Shown: positions 17,156-26,948 of the stretch, in pieces | Layout of the letters: every line of letters begins with the position of its first letter | Position numbering within the stretch: position 1 is the stretch's first letter | Origin: an uncultured SAR86 cluster bacterium | GTDB lineage: Bacteria > Pseudomonadota > Gammaproteobacteria > Magnimaribacterales > D2472 | Direction of reading: 5' to 3' | Length of the DNA: 64,000 nucleotides | NCBI GenBank assembly: GCA_902517505.1 | Contig: CABYCL010000001.1 | Location: 3,038 to 67,037, forward strand | Translations under genes and position numbers: made by a program | Notes under the pieces: model-generated | The model's database searches: none | What the model was told of the DNA's origin: nothing | What the model saw: only the letters and a program-made list of their open reading frames with translations

Positions 17156-18544
17156 TTAACTTCCTTCTGCTCTTTCAGCAAGTATGCCGGTGCTTTGCTC
17201 TTCAAGAACGCTAATGATTCCTTTAGCAGAAGATGCTGTAAAAGAATGTAAAAGCGTTGTTGGTATTGCAACTAATAGACCTAATACAGTTGTCACAAGT
17301 GCTTGTGAAATACCTCCAGCCATTAGTTTAGGGTCGCCTGTTCCATATAAAGTAATCATTTGGAAAGTAACGATCATACCTGTAACAGTACCAAGCAAAC
17401 CAGCTAGAGGAGCAACAACAGATATTATTCTTACCGCTCCAATTCCTCTTTCAATAGATGGTCTTTCAGACATAATTGCTTCAGCAAGTTTTAACTCTAA
17501 GGTATCTATATCTTTCTTAAAGTTATCTTCACCAACTTTAAGAACTCTTCCAAGAGGATTTCTTACATCAAGAGTTTTTGATCCTGATTGTGCCCTGACA
17601 GCTTTACCAAGGACATATAAAGTCCATAACTTCCAGAAAGCTATACCAATACCAATTAAACCAACAAATATGATTGCATACCCAACTTCTCTACCTTGTG
17701 CAGCTCTCTCAGCAAGAGATGGTGTTTGTATTAAGTTAGCTAATAAACTTCCGCCAGTAGGGCCTGTTGGATCAATTCCAAACCTTACTTGTTCGCCTAC
17801 ATCAGCATTTCCTACTTTTTTAGCAGTCTTTGTAAATCTTCCAGATGGTTGTCTTGGTAAGAAAGCATATTGGCCTGTTGCAGCAACATATTTTAAATAC
17901 TTGCCATCACATACTGCATTGAATAAGCCAACTCTTGTAACATTACAAGATTCAGACTCGCCATCTAAATTAGTTACATTAGTATCGAAAGATACAACCT
18001 GACCACTAGCAACCATTTCTCTTTGAAGTTCATACCATAGACCTTCAATTTCCCTAATAGTAGGTAGTTCAGTTGTTTCTGACATTTTTGATGTTAAATC
18101 ATTTAAGAAATCTACCCTTTCTCCACCATACTGAGCGCTTGTAAGCGATCCAGAAAATTGAACAGCTGCTTCTCCAGCAGAACTTTGAAGATGTCCAAAT
18201 AACTCAACCAATGAGCCAAGCTCTTTTTGATAAGCCTCTTCTTTTACTCTGAGAATTTCTTCGTTCTTTTTGTACTCTGCCTCAAGTTGATCAGCAATTC
18301 TTTCTTGTCTAGCTAATTCTCTTTTTTCAGCAGCTAAAATTTCAGCTTGTTTATTTTTATTAGCCATAAACTTAGCTTCACGATCTGCATTTTCAGATTG
18401 TTCTTTAGTTTTACCTTCTTTAACTAGCATTAGAAGAGCTTCTACCGATGAAACTTCTGTTTCCTCACTTTCAGATTCTTGAGCTAATACAAAAGTATTA
18501 ATCGTTAAGGATAATACAAATAATATTGATACATATTTCTTCAT
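17156..18544 (-). CDS. Long ExbB-family protein with periplasmic N-domain (TtpC-like)
   Basis: Signal peptide, coiled coil, VTRVG, DPT.G, C-terminal APLAGLLGTVTGMI...AGGISQAL. Confidence 0.9.
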   Translation of the reverse strand: MKKYVSILFVLSLTINTFVLAQESESEETEVSSVEALLMLVKEGKTKEQSENADREAKFMANKNKQAEILAAEKRELARQERIADQLEAEYKKNEEILRVKEEAYQKELGSLVELFGHLQSSAGEAAVQFSGSLTSAQYGGERVDFLNDLTSKMSETTELPTIREIEGLWYELQREMVASGQVVSFDTNVTNLDGESESCNVTRVGLFNAVCDGKYLKYVAATGQYAFLPRQPSGRFTKTAKKVGNADVGEQVRFGIDPTGPTGGSLLANLIQTPSLAERAAQGREVGYAIIFVGLIGIGIAFWKLWTLYVLGKAVRAQSGSKTLDVRNPLGRVLKVGEDNFKKDIDTLELKLAEAIMSERPSIERGIGAVRIISVVAPLAGLLGTVTGMIVTFQMITLYGTGDPKLMAGGISQALVTTVLGLLVAIPTTLLHSFTASSAKGIISVLEEQSTGILAERAEGS

Positions 18545-19311
18545 TATGCTTCTCCTTTAACTACTGGCATTAGCATCATATCTGTTGGAGCTAATTTTTT
18601 AGCAATTCTTATAGCATCTCTTATTGGTTTTCTATAACTTCCTGATAATTCTTCCCAGTTACCTGTTTCGTTATCCCATCTTCCGCTAGTTCTTTCATCT
18701 ATTGTTTGATAAAACATTCCGATTCTTCCAATCACAAGAATATTAACAACCGTTCCATCTGCTAACTTATCTTCATATGTATCAATTTTACGACCATATT
18801 CAGCTTCTATATTGTATGCTTCAAGCACTTGTCTGACTTGTTCTGATGCTGTTACTTTTGGCTTAGATAAAGAAGATCTAACCATATCAACTCTTGATCT
18901 TCTTTCTTCGCTTCTAAAGGGAGTGTCTAGTTTTATGAAAGTTTCTAAAGTATCAAGCATCTTTTGAGCTAAAGGTGGAATTTGTCTCTGCATGACAACC
19001 ACTTGAACTAGCTGCTCATCAAGTTTATCCATTAAATCAAGCTGAGCTTGAATCTGAATTCTTTTTTGAGCGTTATATAATTTAAGTCCTTCGACTTGTT
19101 TAGAAACAACTTTGTATTCATTTACAATTTTGTCAGTTTGTCTTTCTGTCTGATCAATTTTATCTTGCGAATTTGCAGAAAGAGTTTGGTTTTCTCTACC
19201 AACTTCTAAAATACTTTCCATATTTACTTCAACATTAACTTCATTAGCTGAAATTAATACACTAAAGCAAAAAAATATTGGTAAAGATGTATTCTTTATA
19301 TAGTTAAACAT
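18544..19311 (-). CDS. DUF3450 protein (TtpB-like)
   Basis: Signal peptide, coiled coil, D.PF..EER, R.VLEAY.IE.EYGR, IGRI. Confidence 0.9.
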   Translation of the reverse strand: MFNYIKNTSLPIFFCFSVLISANEVNVEVNMESILEVGRENQTLSANSQDKIDQTERQTDKIVNEYKVVSKQVEGLKLYNAQKRIQIQAQLDLMDKLDEQLVQVVVMQRQIPPLAQKMLDTLETFIKLDTPFRSEERRSRVDMVRSSLSKPKVTASEQVRQVLEAYNIEAEYGRKIDTYEDKLADGTVVNILVIGRIGMFYQTIDERTSGRWDNETGNWEELSGSYRKPIRDAIRIAKKLAPTDMMLMPVVKGEA

Positions 19312-19435
19312 TGTGTTACTCCCTAAGTCTGAACATGTTAACAGCCATAGACTAATAAATAAATTAGTTTATCTTTATTTTGTTTAAACGATTATTCTAT
19401 CAAAAACTTCCTCAGAAGGAGTAGTTTTATATAAT

Positions 19436-20281
19436 TTATAACTTTAGGAATAACATAGGCGTGTTTTTCTTATATGCCCTATATTCTTCTAAGTGACCCC
19501 ATTTTTTATTACCCATATCATCAAGCATCCTAACTCCGCTAATGTAAACAAGCAGAACGTATGTAAACACAGGAGATATCATGGTTAAGTATTGTGTACC
19601 CGAAAGAGAAGAAAATGACATTATTGCTACTGCTGACCATAAAAGAATTTCACCAAAATAATTAGGATGTTGAGATTTTGACCATAAGCCTGTCGTGATA
19701 AATTTATCTTTGTTCTCTTCAATAGATCTAAATATTGTCTTCTGACGATCAGCTATTATCTCAATTGAAAAGCCTATGATGAAAAGAGCAAAGCCAATAT
19801 AAAATAAATTATTTGGTATTATTCCGTCTATGCTTGATATTCCAGTAATTGCACACATTGAACATATTGAAACCCACATACCCTGAAGCGTCCATGTCAT
19901 GAAAAATTGAGACGCAGAAGTCTTTATTGTTCTAAACCTCTTGTCTTCGCCATCTTTGTGAATTCGAGCAAATAAAAAAGATCCCAATCTTACAGCCCAT
20001 AAAGATATAAGAACTGTTACTAGGAGGCTTTGGGTATTAAATTCATTTGTTTGACCTGAAGAAAAGTAAACAAACCAGATAACAGTTAAATAAGTTAAAG
20101 ATCCTGTTAAATCATAAAATTTTTCAGTTTGAAATAAATAAGCTGGTATATAGGCAACCCATTGTATTAAAAAAGCTAAAATAATAGCATTTAAAACAAT
20201 GTCGCTATTTGTAAGGTATGCAATCAGTACACATAAAGAAAAGGCTATCGTTGCAAATAAAATATTTAAAAAAGACTTCAT
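19436..20281 (-). CDS. DUF1295 steroid 5-alpha-reductase-like membrane protein
   Basis: FYDLTGS, W.VRLGSFL, DKRF, ADRQK, GLW..S.HPNYFGE. Start at the ATG at 20281. Confidence 0.9.
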   Translation of the reverse strand: MKSFLNILFATIAFSLCVLIAYLTNSDIVLNAIILAFLIQWVAYIPAYLFQTEKFYDLTGSLTYLTVIWFVYFSSGQTNEFNTQSLLVTVLISLWAVRLGSFLFARIHKDGEDKRFRTIKTSASQFFMTWTLQGMWVSICSMCAITGISSIDGIIPNNLFYIGFALFIIGFSIEIIADRQKTIFRSIEENKDKFITTGLWSKSQHPNYFGEILLWSAVAIMSFSSLSGTQYLTMISPVFTYVLLVYISGVRMLDDMGNKKWGHLEEYRAYKKNTPMLFLKL

Positions 20282-20283
20282 AT

Positions 20284-22095
20284 TTACTCCCATCCACAAA
20301 TTCTATTTTTATTTTGTTCATCAAGCCATTCTTTTAATGGCGCATAATAATTTAATATTGACTTACCGCTAAGTTGCCTTGAACCAGTTAAATTTTCAAA
20401 AGCTTCTTGCCATGGCAAGCTTTGGCCCATTGCCATTGTCGAAATAATTTTATCACCAGCTTGTTTATTTCCATAAATCGAACATTCATGCAGATATCCA
20501 TCATAATTAATAAGATTGCAAAGTGATTCATGAAACTGATATTGCATAATACTAGCCAAATAATATCTTGTGTAAGGAGTATTGCCTGGAATATGGTATT
20601 TTGCACCTGGATCAAAATAGTCCTCTGACCTCGGATAGCTAGTAGTTATTCCTTGATATTCTTCTCTTAAATTCCACCATGAAGAATTTAGATTTTTTTC
20701 ATCAATTTTGCCATTAAATACTCCAGACCTCCATTTGTCTAACATTAAAGCCCATGGAACAATCACAATTCCATCCAATGCTTGCTTCATTAATAAACCA
20801 ATTGGGTCTTGTTTTGCTTTTTCAGCTTCGTCTTTTGAGATAAAACCAATGTCAACTAGGTAATCAGGGGTTATAGATAGTGTAAGCAGGTCTCCAAATG
20901 CTTCATGGAAACCATCATTTGCCCCTGCTTGCAATACCGTTGGTATATGATTATAAGCTTGATAATAAAAAATATGTCCAAGTTCATGATGAATTGTAAT
21001 GAAGTCTTCTTCATTTTTTTCAATACACATTTTTATTCTTAAATCATTGTTTACAGGATCTAGATTCCATGCTGATGCATGACAAACAACAGATCTATCC
21101 CTTGGCTTGATAAATAACGATCTCTCCCAAAAAGTTTCTGGAAGAGGTTTGAACCCCATAGATATGAAAAAATTTTCAGCATATTCAACCATCTCGATTT
21201 CATCGATAGATTTCTCATTTATTATTTTAGTGACATCAATATAGTTAGACTCTGTTTGCTCTTCATAAATTAAATCGTAAACATTTGACCATGATTGCCC
21301 CCACATATTGCCCAGCATATGAACTGGCAATGGACCTGACTTAGGAACAATTTCATCACCATAATGTTCATTTAATTTCGCTCTAACATGACAATGCAGA
21401 GCATCATATAAAGGCTTAACTTCATCCCAAACTCTATCAGTATCATCTAAAAAATCTTCTGCGGGCATATCATATTTACTGAACCACAAGTCACTTAAAC
21501 CTTCATATCCAAGGTCAATCGAACCTTGGTTACCAATTTCTACCATGCGCATATACATTGGCTTCATTGGTTTGCCGATCTCATGCCAGCCTTGCCATGC
21601 CCTTAATAATTCTGAAGGATTTCTAGAACTATCAATGATAGATTCGAACCCCTCTAAGTCATAACAACTTCCATCTTCAAAACAATACTCTCCACTTCCA
21701 TACATTGCCTCAAGGTTTGTAGTAATTTGAGAAAGTTCTGACGCTAATGCATTGTCTAAAGGTGGTGGCATTACAAAAGAGCTTTTAAGAATATCTAGCA
21801 TCCTTCTGTTCTCTGGAGATGTTTTTATACCATCAAAACTAGCTGCCTGTCTGGATCTTTCTAAAGACTTTAATGTATATCTAGTTCCATAATCAGCAAT
21901 GACCTTTTGTGAATCATAAGTTATAAAGTTTGAACTTATCCATGACGCAGAATATATAACTGGGCCATCTTTTTTATTTTCTTCTTCCACAGATGATAAA
22001 AAATCTTCAAGATCTTGGATTTCATTTGTTTGTTCGCTAGTAGGTGCGCAAGAAGTTACAATAATGATTAATATTAAGCTTAAAAAATTTCTCAT
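20284..22095 (-). CDS. Peptidyl-dipeptidase A (ACE-like M2 metallopeptidase), lipoprotein
   Basis: HMLGNMWGQSW, CHASAW, HHELGH, GANDGFHEAFGD, DPGAKYHI, PYTRY. Lipobox VTSC; GAGG 8 nt before the ATG at 22095. Confidence 0.95.
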   Translation of the reverse strand: MRNFLSLILIIIVTSCAPTSEQTNEIQDLEDFLSSVEEENKKDGPVIYSASWISSNFITYDSQKVIADYGTRYTLKSLERSRQAASFDGIKTSPENRRMLDILKSSFVMPPPLDNALASELSQITTNLEAMYGSGEYCFEDGSCYDLEGFESIIDSSRNPSELLRAWQGWHEIGKPMKPMYMRMVEIGNQGSIDLGYEGLSDLWFSKYDMPAEDFLDDTDRVWDEVKPLYDALHCHVRAKLNEHYGDEIVPKSGPLPVHMLGNMWGQSWSNVYDLIYEEQTESNYIDVTKIINEKSIDEIEMVEYAENFFISMGFKPLPETFWERSLFIKPRDRSVVCHASAWNLDPVNNDLRIKMCIEKNEEDFITIHHELGHIFYYQAYNHIPTVLQAGANDGFHEAFGDLLTLSITPDYLVDIGFISKDEAEKAKQDPIGLLMKQALDGIVIVPWALMLDKWRSGVFNGKIDEKNLNSSWWNLREEYQGITTSYPRSEDYFDPGAKYHIPGNTPYTRYYLASIMQYQFHESLCNLINYDGYLHECSIYGNKQAGDKIISTMAMGQSLPWQEAFENLTGSRQLSGKSILNYYAPLKEWLDEQNKNRICGWE

Positions 22096-22138
22096 TTGAG
22101 GCACCTCGCTATTAAAATAACATAAAAATAAAATTAAT

Positions 22139-22705
22139 ATGAAGATTTCTACAAACCAGTTTAAAAACGGAACAAAATTAATTATAGATAATGCCCCTTG
22201 CTCAATTATAGAACATGAGTTTCACAAGCCTGGCAAAGGGCAAGCAGTAATGAGGATAAAATATAAAAATCTATTAACTGGCAATACAAATGATAAAACA
22301 TTTAAATCAGGAGAAAGTGTTGAATCTGCTGATGTGAGTCACAATGAAATGGAGTTTTTATACCAAGATAATGAATCTTGGCATTTTATGGATACTAATA
22401 CATATGATCAAATTGAGGTAAGTTCATCAAAAATGGGGGGTGCTTCAAAATGGCTGGTTGGGCAAGAGGTATGTGAAGTAGTCTTATGGAATGGTGAACC
22501 TATTTTGGTAAATCCACCAACAATTGTAGAACTTAAAATTATTAAAGCTGAGCCAGGAGTAAAAGGAGATACTATTTCAGGAGCTACAAAGAATGCAACA
22601 CTTGAAACAAATGTTGAAGTTCAGGTTCCATTATTTGTAAATGAAAATGAATCTATTAAGGTCGATACAAGAGATATGACTTATGTGGGGAGAGCAAAAT
22701 CTTGA
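22139..22705 (+). CDS. efp: Elongation factor P
   Basis: HKPGKGQA loop (Lys type), PGVKGDT, VPLFV, VDTR. Confidence 0.97.
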   Translation: MKISTNQFKNGTKLIIDNAPCSIIEHEFHKPGKGQAVMRIKYKNLLTGNTNDKTFKSGESVESADVSHNEMEFLYQDNESWHFMDTNTYDQIEVSSSKMGGASKWLVGQEVCEVVLWNGEPILVNPPTIVELKIIKAEPGVKGDTISGATKNATLETNVEVQVPLFVNENESIKVDTRDMTYVGRAKS

Positions 22706-24438
22706 TAGATATTATAAACAAAGAAATAGAAGAATTTTTATTATCGGTTAATAACGACAAGAAAAATATACAAACCATTCTTGAAAAGAGTACAACTTCT
22801 ATAACAGATGATTTAAACAAGGGGCATTTAACTACAAATGTATGTATGGTTGCTGCAAGTACTCTTAAATATAAACCAAATGAATTGGCTAACAATTTAA
22901 AAGAAAAATTAATAAAGCTGAGGTTTTTTGAAGACGTTCAATCTGCAGGACCTGGTTTTATAAATATCTTTCTTAAAAGAAATGACTTCGTATCAACCAT
23001 AAATATTATCAATAAAATGAAGGACTCATTCGGCAAATCAAAAGTTGGAGATGGAAAAAAAGTTCAAATTGAATTTGTGTCTGCTAATCCAACTGGACCA
23101 CTTCATGTTGGTCATGGAAGAGGTGCTGCTTTTGGAGATGCAATAGGCAGAATCCTTGAAGCAACAGGATCATTGGTTGAAAAAGAATATTACATTAATG
23201 ATGCAGGAAGGCAGATCGATATTCTTACTGCAAGCGTTTTATTGAGAATGATTAAGAAAGATATAAATAATTATTTTCCACAAAATGCATATAAAGGGAA
23301 ATATATTGAAGATATCGCCAATAAACTGAAAAAAGATATAAATTTAAATTGTGATTATGAATCATTGACTAAGGATATGCCTAAAGATCCTGAAGAGGAA
23401 ATTGATCAAATTATTGGAAATATAAAAGATCAGGATGAACCCTCATGGAATCAAGCGAAAGAATTTTCATTGGCTGAAATGGTTAAATCTATTAAAAATG
23501 ATCTTAAAACATTCAATGTTGATTTTGATCATTGGTTTAATGAATCATCATTAGGAGATGTTAGTGATTCCTCATCAGAAATATCAAATTCAATAAACAA
23601 ATTAAAAAGCGACGGTAGTGCTTATGAAAAAGACGGTGCGATATGGCTTAATACAGATATAAGCGGTGACGACAAACATCGAGTTCTAATAAGAGAAGAT
23701 GGAAGAGCAACTTATTTTGCATCAGATGTTGCTTATCATAAAAATAAAGTTGATAGAGGTTTTGATAAATTAATAAATATTTGGGGTGCAGATCATCATG
23801 GTTATATCAAAAGAATTGAGGCATCTATTGAAACATTAGGGTCAAGCAAAGAAAAACTTATTGTTAAACTTGTCCAATTTGCGAATCTTTTTAAGGAAGG
23901 CAAAAAGGTAAAGATGTCCACAAGATCAGGTGAATTTTTTACTCTAAAAGATCTGATTGATGATATAGGTACTGATGCGGCAAGATTTTACTACTTATCA
24001 AAACAAGCAGACCAACATTTAGATTTTGATATAGATTTAGCAAAATCAGACAGTAAAGAGAATATTTTTTATTATATTCAATATGCTCATGCCAGAATTG
24101 TTTCTTTAGAAGAAAAGGCTTTAAAAAAGAATTCTAAAATAAAAACAAATATTAATAACATAGAAAATAATAGCTATAAAGAATGCGATAAGCTGATTCA
24201 TGAAATATCAAAATATCCTGATGTTGTTAACAAGTCCGCAAATGCACTTCAACCTCATTTGGTAATCTACTATTTGAGAGACCTTGCTCAATTATTTCAT
24301 AGCTATTACAACGACAATCATGTTCTTTCAGAAACTGACCAAAATATTGAATCAATTCTTGTATGTTTATTGTCTGTGAAACAAGTCATTTCAAATGGTC
24401 TAGACCTTCTTGGAATATCTCCTATTGAAAAAATGTGA
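22702..24438 (+). CDS. argS: Arginine--tRNA ligase
   Basis: AGPGFIN, EFVSANPTGPLHVGH, WGADHHGY, MSTRSG, YIQYAHAR. Confidence 0.97.
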   Translation: MIDIINKEIEEFLLSVNNDKKNIQTILEKSTTSITDDLNKGHLTTNVCMVAASTLKYKPNELANNLKEKLIKLRFFEDVQSAGPGFINIFLKRNDFVSTINIINKMKDSFGKSKVGDGKKVQIEFVSANPTGPLHVGHGRGAAFGDAIGRILEATGSLVEKEYYINDAGRQIDILTASVLLRMIKKDINNYFPQNAYKGKYIEDIANKLKKDINLNCDYESLTKDMPKDPEEEIDQIIGNIKDQDEPSWNQAKEFSLAEMVKSIKNDLKTFNVDFDHWFNESSLGDVSDSSSEISNSINKLKSDGSAYEKDGAIWLNTDISGDDKHRVLIREDGRATYFASDVAYHKNKVDRGFDKLINIWGADHHGYIKRIEASIETLGSSKEKLIVKLVQFANLFKEGKKVKMSTRSGEFFTLKDLIDDIGTDAARFYYLSKQADQHLDFDIDLAKSDSKENIFYYIQYAHARIVSLEEKALKKNSKIKTNINNIENNSYKECDKLIHEISKYPDVVNKSANALQPHLVIYYLRDLAQLFHSYYNDNHVLSETDQNIESILVCLLSVKQVISNGLDLLGISPIEKM

Positions 24439-24441
24439 TTT

Positions 24442-24975
24442 ATGAAAGATTTTGCAAACATAAAACAGAAGAGAAGAAAACCAACAAAGAAAAAGACTGT
24501 TTTTAGTTCAAGAAAGTCCTCCACTAGAACTGTATCATCAAACACTTTAATGGTTTTACTTTTAATAAGTCTAGGCCTCGCTGCCACTTCTATTTTTTAT
24601 TTTAAAACTGATGTTTCTTCAATCAAGTCAAGTAATGTAACAAATTCTGTCACCATTGATTTCCCAACTTCACTGATGGAAAACTCTGTTTTAATTGAAT
24701 TTAATAAAGAAAATGTTTTGATGGAGTGTGAGTATTTTGTTCAAGTAGGTGCTTATGGAAATAAAAAATATGCAGTTGAGGCAGTAAATATATTAGATGG
24801 TAATATCAGTGACCTAACAATAAATGAAGTATACAGCACTAACCTTCCTGGCAAGCTTTTAAATAGTGTAATATCAGGCCCATATCTAAATAGGTCGGCA
24901 GCAAATAACGCAAAAGAAAAAATTACTAAAAGTGGATTTGATCCGCGCCTAAGAACTTTATGCAAAGAGAATTAA
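24442..24975 (+). CDS. SPOR-domain cell division protein (FtsN-like, short)
   Basis: MKDFA N-terminus, single TM, VQVGAY...GPY; conserved position after argS. Confidence 0.85.
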   Translation: MKDFANIKQKRRKPTKKKTVFSSRKSSTRTVSSNTLMVLLLISLGLAATSIFYFKTDVSSIKSSNVTNSVTIDFPTSLMENSVLIEFNKENVLMECEYFVQVGAYGNKKYAVEAVNILDGNISDLTINEVYSTNLPGKLLNSVISGPYLNRSAANNAKEKITKSGFDPRLRTLCKEN

Positions 24976-25646
24976 TTGAAAAAATTAAGCAGATTAATGA
25001 TGAAATATCTGAAGCATCATCCTTAATTAATAAATCAAGGAATGATATAACTTTAATTGCTGTTTCAAAGAAAAAGAGTCATGAATTAATAGAGATTGCT
25101 TTTCAAAATGGAGTTAATAATTTTGGAGAGAACTATGCTCAAGAGCTTGAAGAAAAATCATCTTTGATTAATTCAAGCGAAATCATTTGGCACTTCATTG
25201 GTCCAATTCAATCAAATAAAGTAAAAGTTATTGCCAGGTGTGCTGATTGGGTACATACCTTGGATAGAAAAAAGGTAATTGTGAAATTAAACAACGAGTG
25301 CAAAAAGGAAAACAAAGTAATTAATGCATGTATTCAGGTAAATATTTCTAATGAAAAATCAAAAAGTGGCTGTAATCCAGAAGATCTATTAAATCTAGCA
25401 AAATTAATAGAATCTATGGAAAATATTAATTTAAAAGGCATAATGGCTCTCCCCAAACTAACAAATGATAAAAATGAACGGGATCGTATGATGCAATCAG
25501 TTAAAAAGCTAAGCATAGAACTTCAGTCAGTCTATTCTGGAGCAACACATGTATCATTAGGCACTACTTCTGACTTTCATGATGCAATTATTAATGGAGC
25601 CAATATGGTAAGAATTGGTGAATCAATCTTTGGCAAAAGACTATGA
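24960..25646 (+). CDS. yggS: PLP homeostasis protein YggS
   Basis: AVSK, FGENYAQE, WHFIGPIQSNK, QVNIS, VRIG..IFG. Confidence 0.96.
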   Translation: MQRELIEKIKQINDEISEASSLINKSRNDITLIAVSKKKSHELIEIAFQNGVNNFGENYAQELEEKSSLINSSEIIWHFIGPIQSNKVKVIARCADWVHTLDRKKVIVKLNNECKKENKVINACIQVNISNEKSKSGCNPEDLLNLAKLIESMENINLKGIMALPKLTNDKNERDRMMQSVKKLSIELQSVYSGATHVSLGTTSDFHDAIINGANMVRIGESIFGKRL

Positions 25647-26434
25647 AGAATGTCGTTTTTTATGGTGGTGGAAATATTTCTCAAGCGATTATAGAGGGTC
25701 TTTTAGGCTCAGGATTTAATAAAGAAAATATCTTTTATGTGGATAGGAACACAACGAACATTAAGAAGTTAAAAAAGTTAAAAATTCGAAGCTTTAAAAA
25801 AAATAATAATGCTAAAGTTGATTTATTTATTCTTGCTGTAAAGCCAAAAGATGCAATCGATGCCTATAAAGAAATCCTAGATAAATATAAAAACCCAAAG
25901 GTGATAAGTTTAGTAGCTGGAATAAGATCAAAGAAATATATTAATTTTAATAAAAAAATTCAGTTTCTTAGGGCAATGCCTAATACATCTTCAAAACATG
26001 GCCTTGGAATTACTGCTGTATTCAATTCAAGTTTTACAAAAAATAATCTTAAAAAAGTACTTATTTTTTTGAATAAAGTAGGTATCGTCATAACAGTTGA
26101 TAAAGAATCAAATATAGATACTTTTACAGGAATAATTGGCAGTGGTCCTGCCTACTTCTTTCACCTTCTTAAATCATATGAAAGAAAACTTTTAACCATA
26201 TCTAATGGTGATAAAAAAATGGTAAATGAAGTCATGTCTAATTTAATGAAAGGGGTTGGAATGTCTATTGAAAAGAATACCAATCTAGATAATTTAATTA
26301 CAGCTGTTGCATCAAAAAAAGGAACAACTGAAGCGGGTTTAAAATACTTTAAATCAAATAAGCTAGGTAATATTTTTGAGAAAGGTCTAAATACTGCTAT
26401 TAAAAGATCAAAGGAAATTTCAAATGAGTTCTAA
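25643..26434 (+). CDS. proC: Pyrroline-5-carboxylate reductase
   Basis: GGGNI, LAVKP, SLVAG, RAMPN, GSGPAY, VASKKGTT. Confidence 0.95.
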   Translation: MKNVVFYGGGNISQAIIEGLLGSGFNKENIFYVDRNTTNIKKLKKLKIRSFKKNNNAKVDLFILAVKPKDAIDAYKEILDKYKNPKVISLVAGIRSKKYINFNKKIQFLRAMPNTSSKHGLGITAVFNSSFTKNNLKKVLIFLNKVGIVITVDKESNIDTFTGIIGSGPAYFFHLLKSYERKLLTISNGDKKMVNEVMSNLMKGVGMSIEKNTNLDNLITAVASKKGTTEAGLKYFKSNKLGNIFEKGLNTAIKRSKEISNEF

Positions 26435-26948
26435 TATAGAGATACTAGGCTTAATATTCAATATACTAAATTATGCATTTGTATTTTTGTTAATCTTTAA
26501 CCTTCTAAAGGTTAATTACTTCAATCCAATAGTATCTACATTTGTTAAAGTATATAAACCAATATCAAAGGTTTTTGGAATTTTTCCAATACAAGCTATC
26601 AATATTCTTGTTATTGCCATCGTTCTAAAGCTTTTATCATTAATCATATACTTCGGGAGTCAGTATGAGACTTTAAATCTTTTTGGTGTTGCCATAATAC
26701 AAACTTTGATGGTTACATTAAGAATTATTTTCTTTGCCGTTATTGGTGGTGTAATTTTAAGTTGGGTATCGCCTGAGAAATCTAACGCGTTTCTAGAGTT
26801 AGTAGAAGAAATTTCTCATAAATGTTTAGCGCCAATAAGAAAATATATACCCTCAGCTGGTGGATTAGATTTTTCTCCTTTATTTGTTTTAATATTATTA
26901 AATCTACTTGAATCCTTCTTATCAGATATTCTTAAATCAATAGTATGA
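26424..26948 (+). CDS. yggT: YggT family membrane protein
   Basis: FNP, ILSWV, P.RKYIPSAGGLDFSP. Confidence 0.92.
   Translation: MSSNIEILGLIFNILNYAFVFLLIFNLLKVNYFNPIVSTFVKVYKPISKVFGIFPIQAINILVIAIVLKLLSLIIYFGSQYETLNLFGVAIIQTLMVTLRIIFFAVIGGVILSWVSPEKSNAFLELVEEISHKCLAPIRKYIPSAGGLDFSPLFVLILLNLLESFLSDILKSIV

Noticed and set aside
17184-18002. 272-aa plus-strand ORF, and other antisense ORFs such as 7604-7855, 16253-16621, 16542-16910, 35854-36258, 36556-36972 and 53197-53484
   Set aside because: They lie antisense to well-supported genes, have no motifs or RBS, and show the composition typical of codon-bias shadows.
19383-19401. Fur-box-like GATAGAATAATCGTTTAAA upstream of the TonB operon
   Set aside because: Only about half of the consensus positions match, which is not significant in AT-rich DNA.
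19403-19428. Hairpin AAAACTTCCT-CAGA-AGGAGTAGTTTT as an intrinsic terminator
   Set aside because: The stem is short and bulged; plausible but too weak to call.
22139-22705. Unusual EF-P modification type
   Set aside because: The loop is the ordinary PGKG lysine type, and no modification genes are adjacent.
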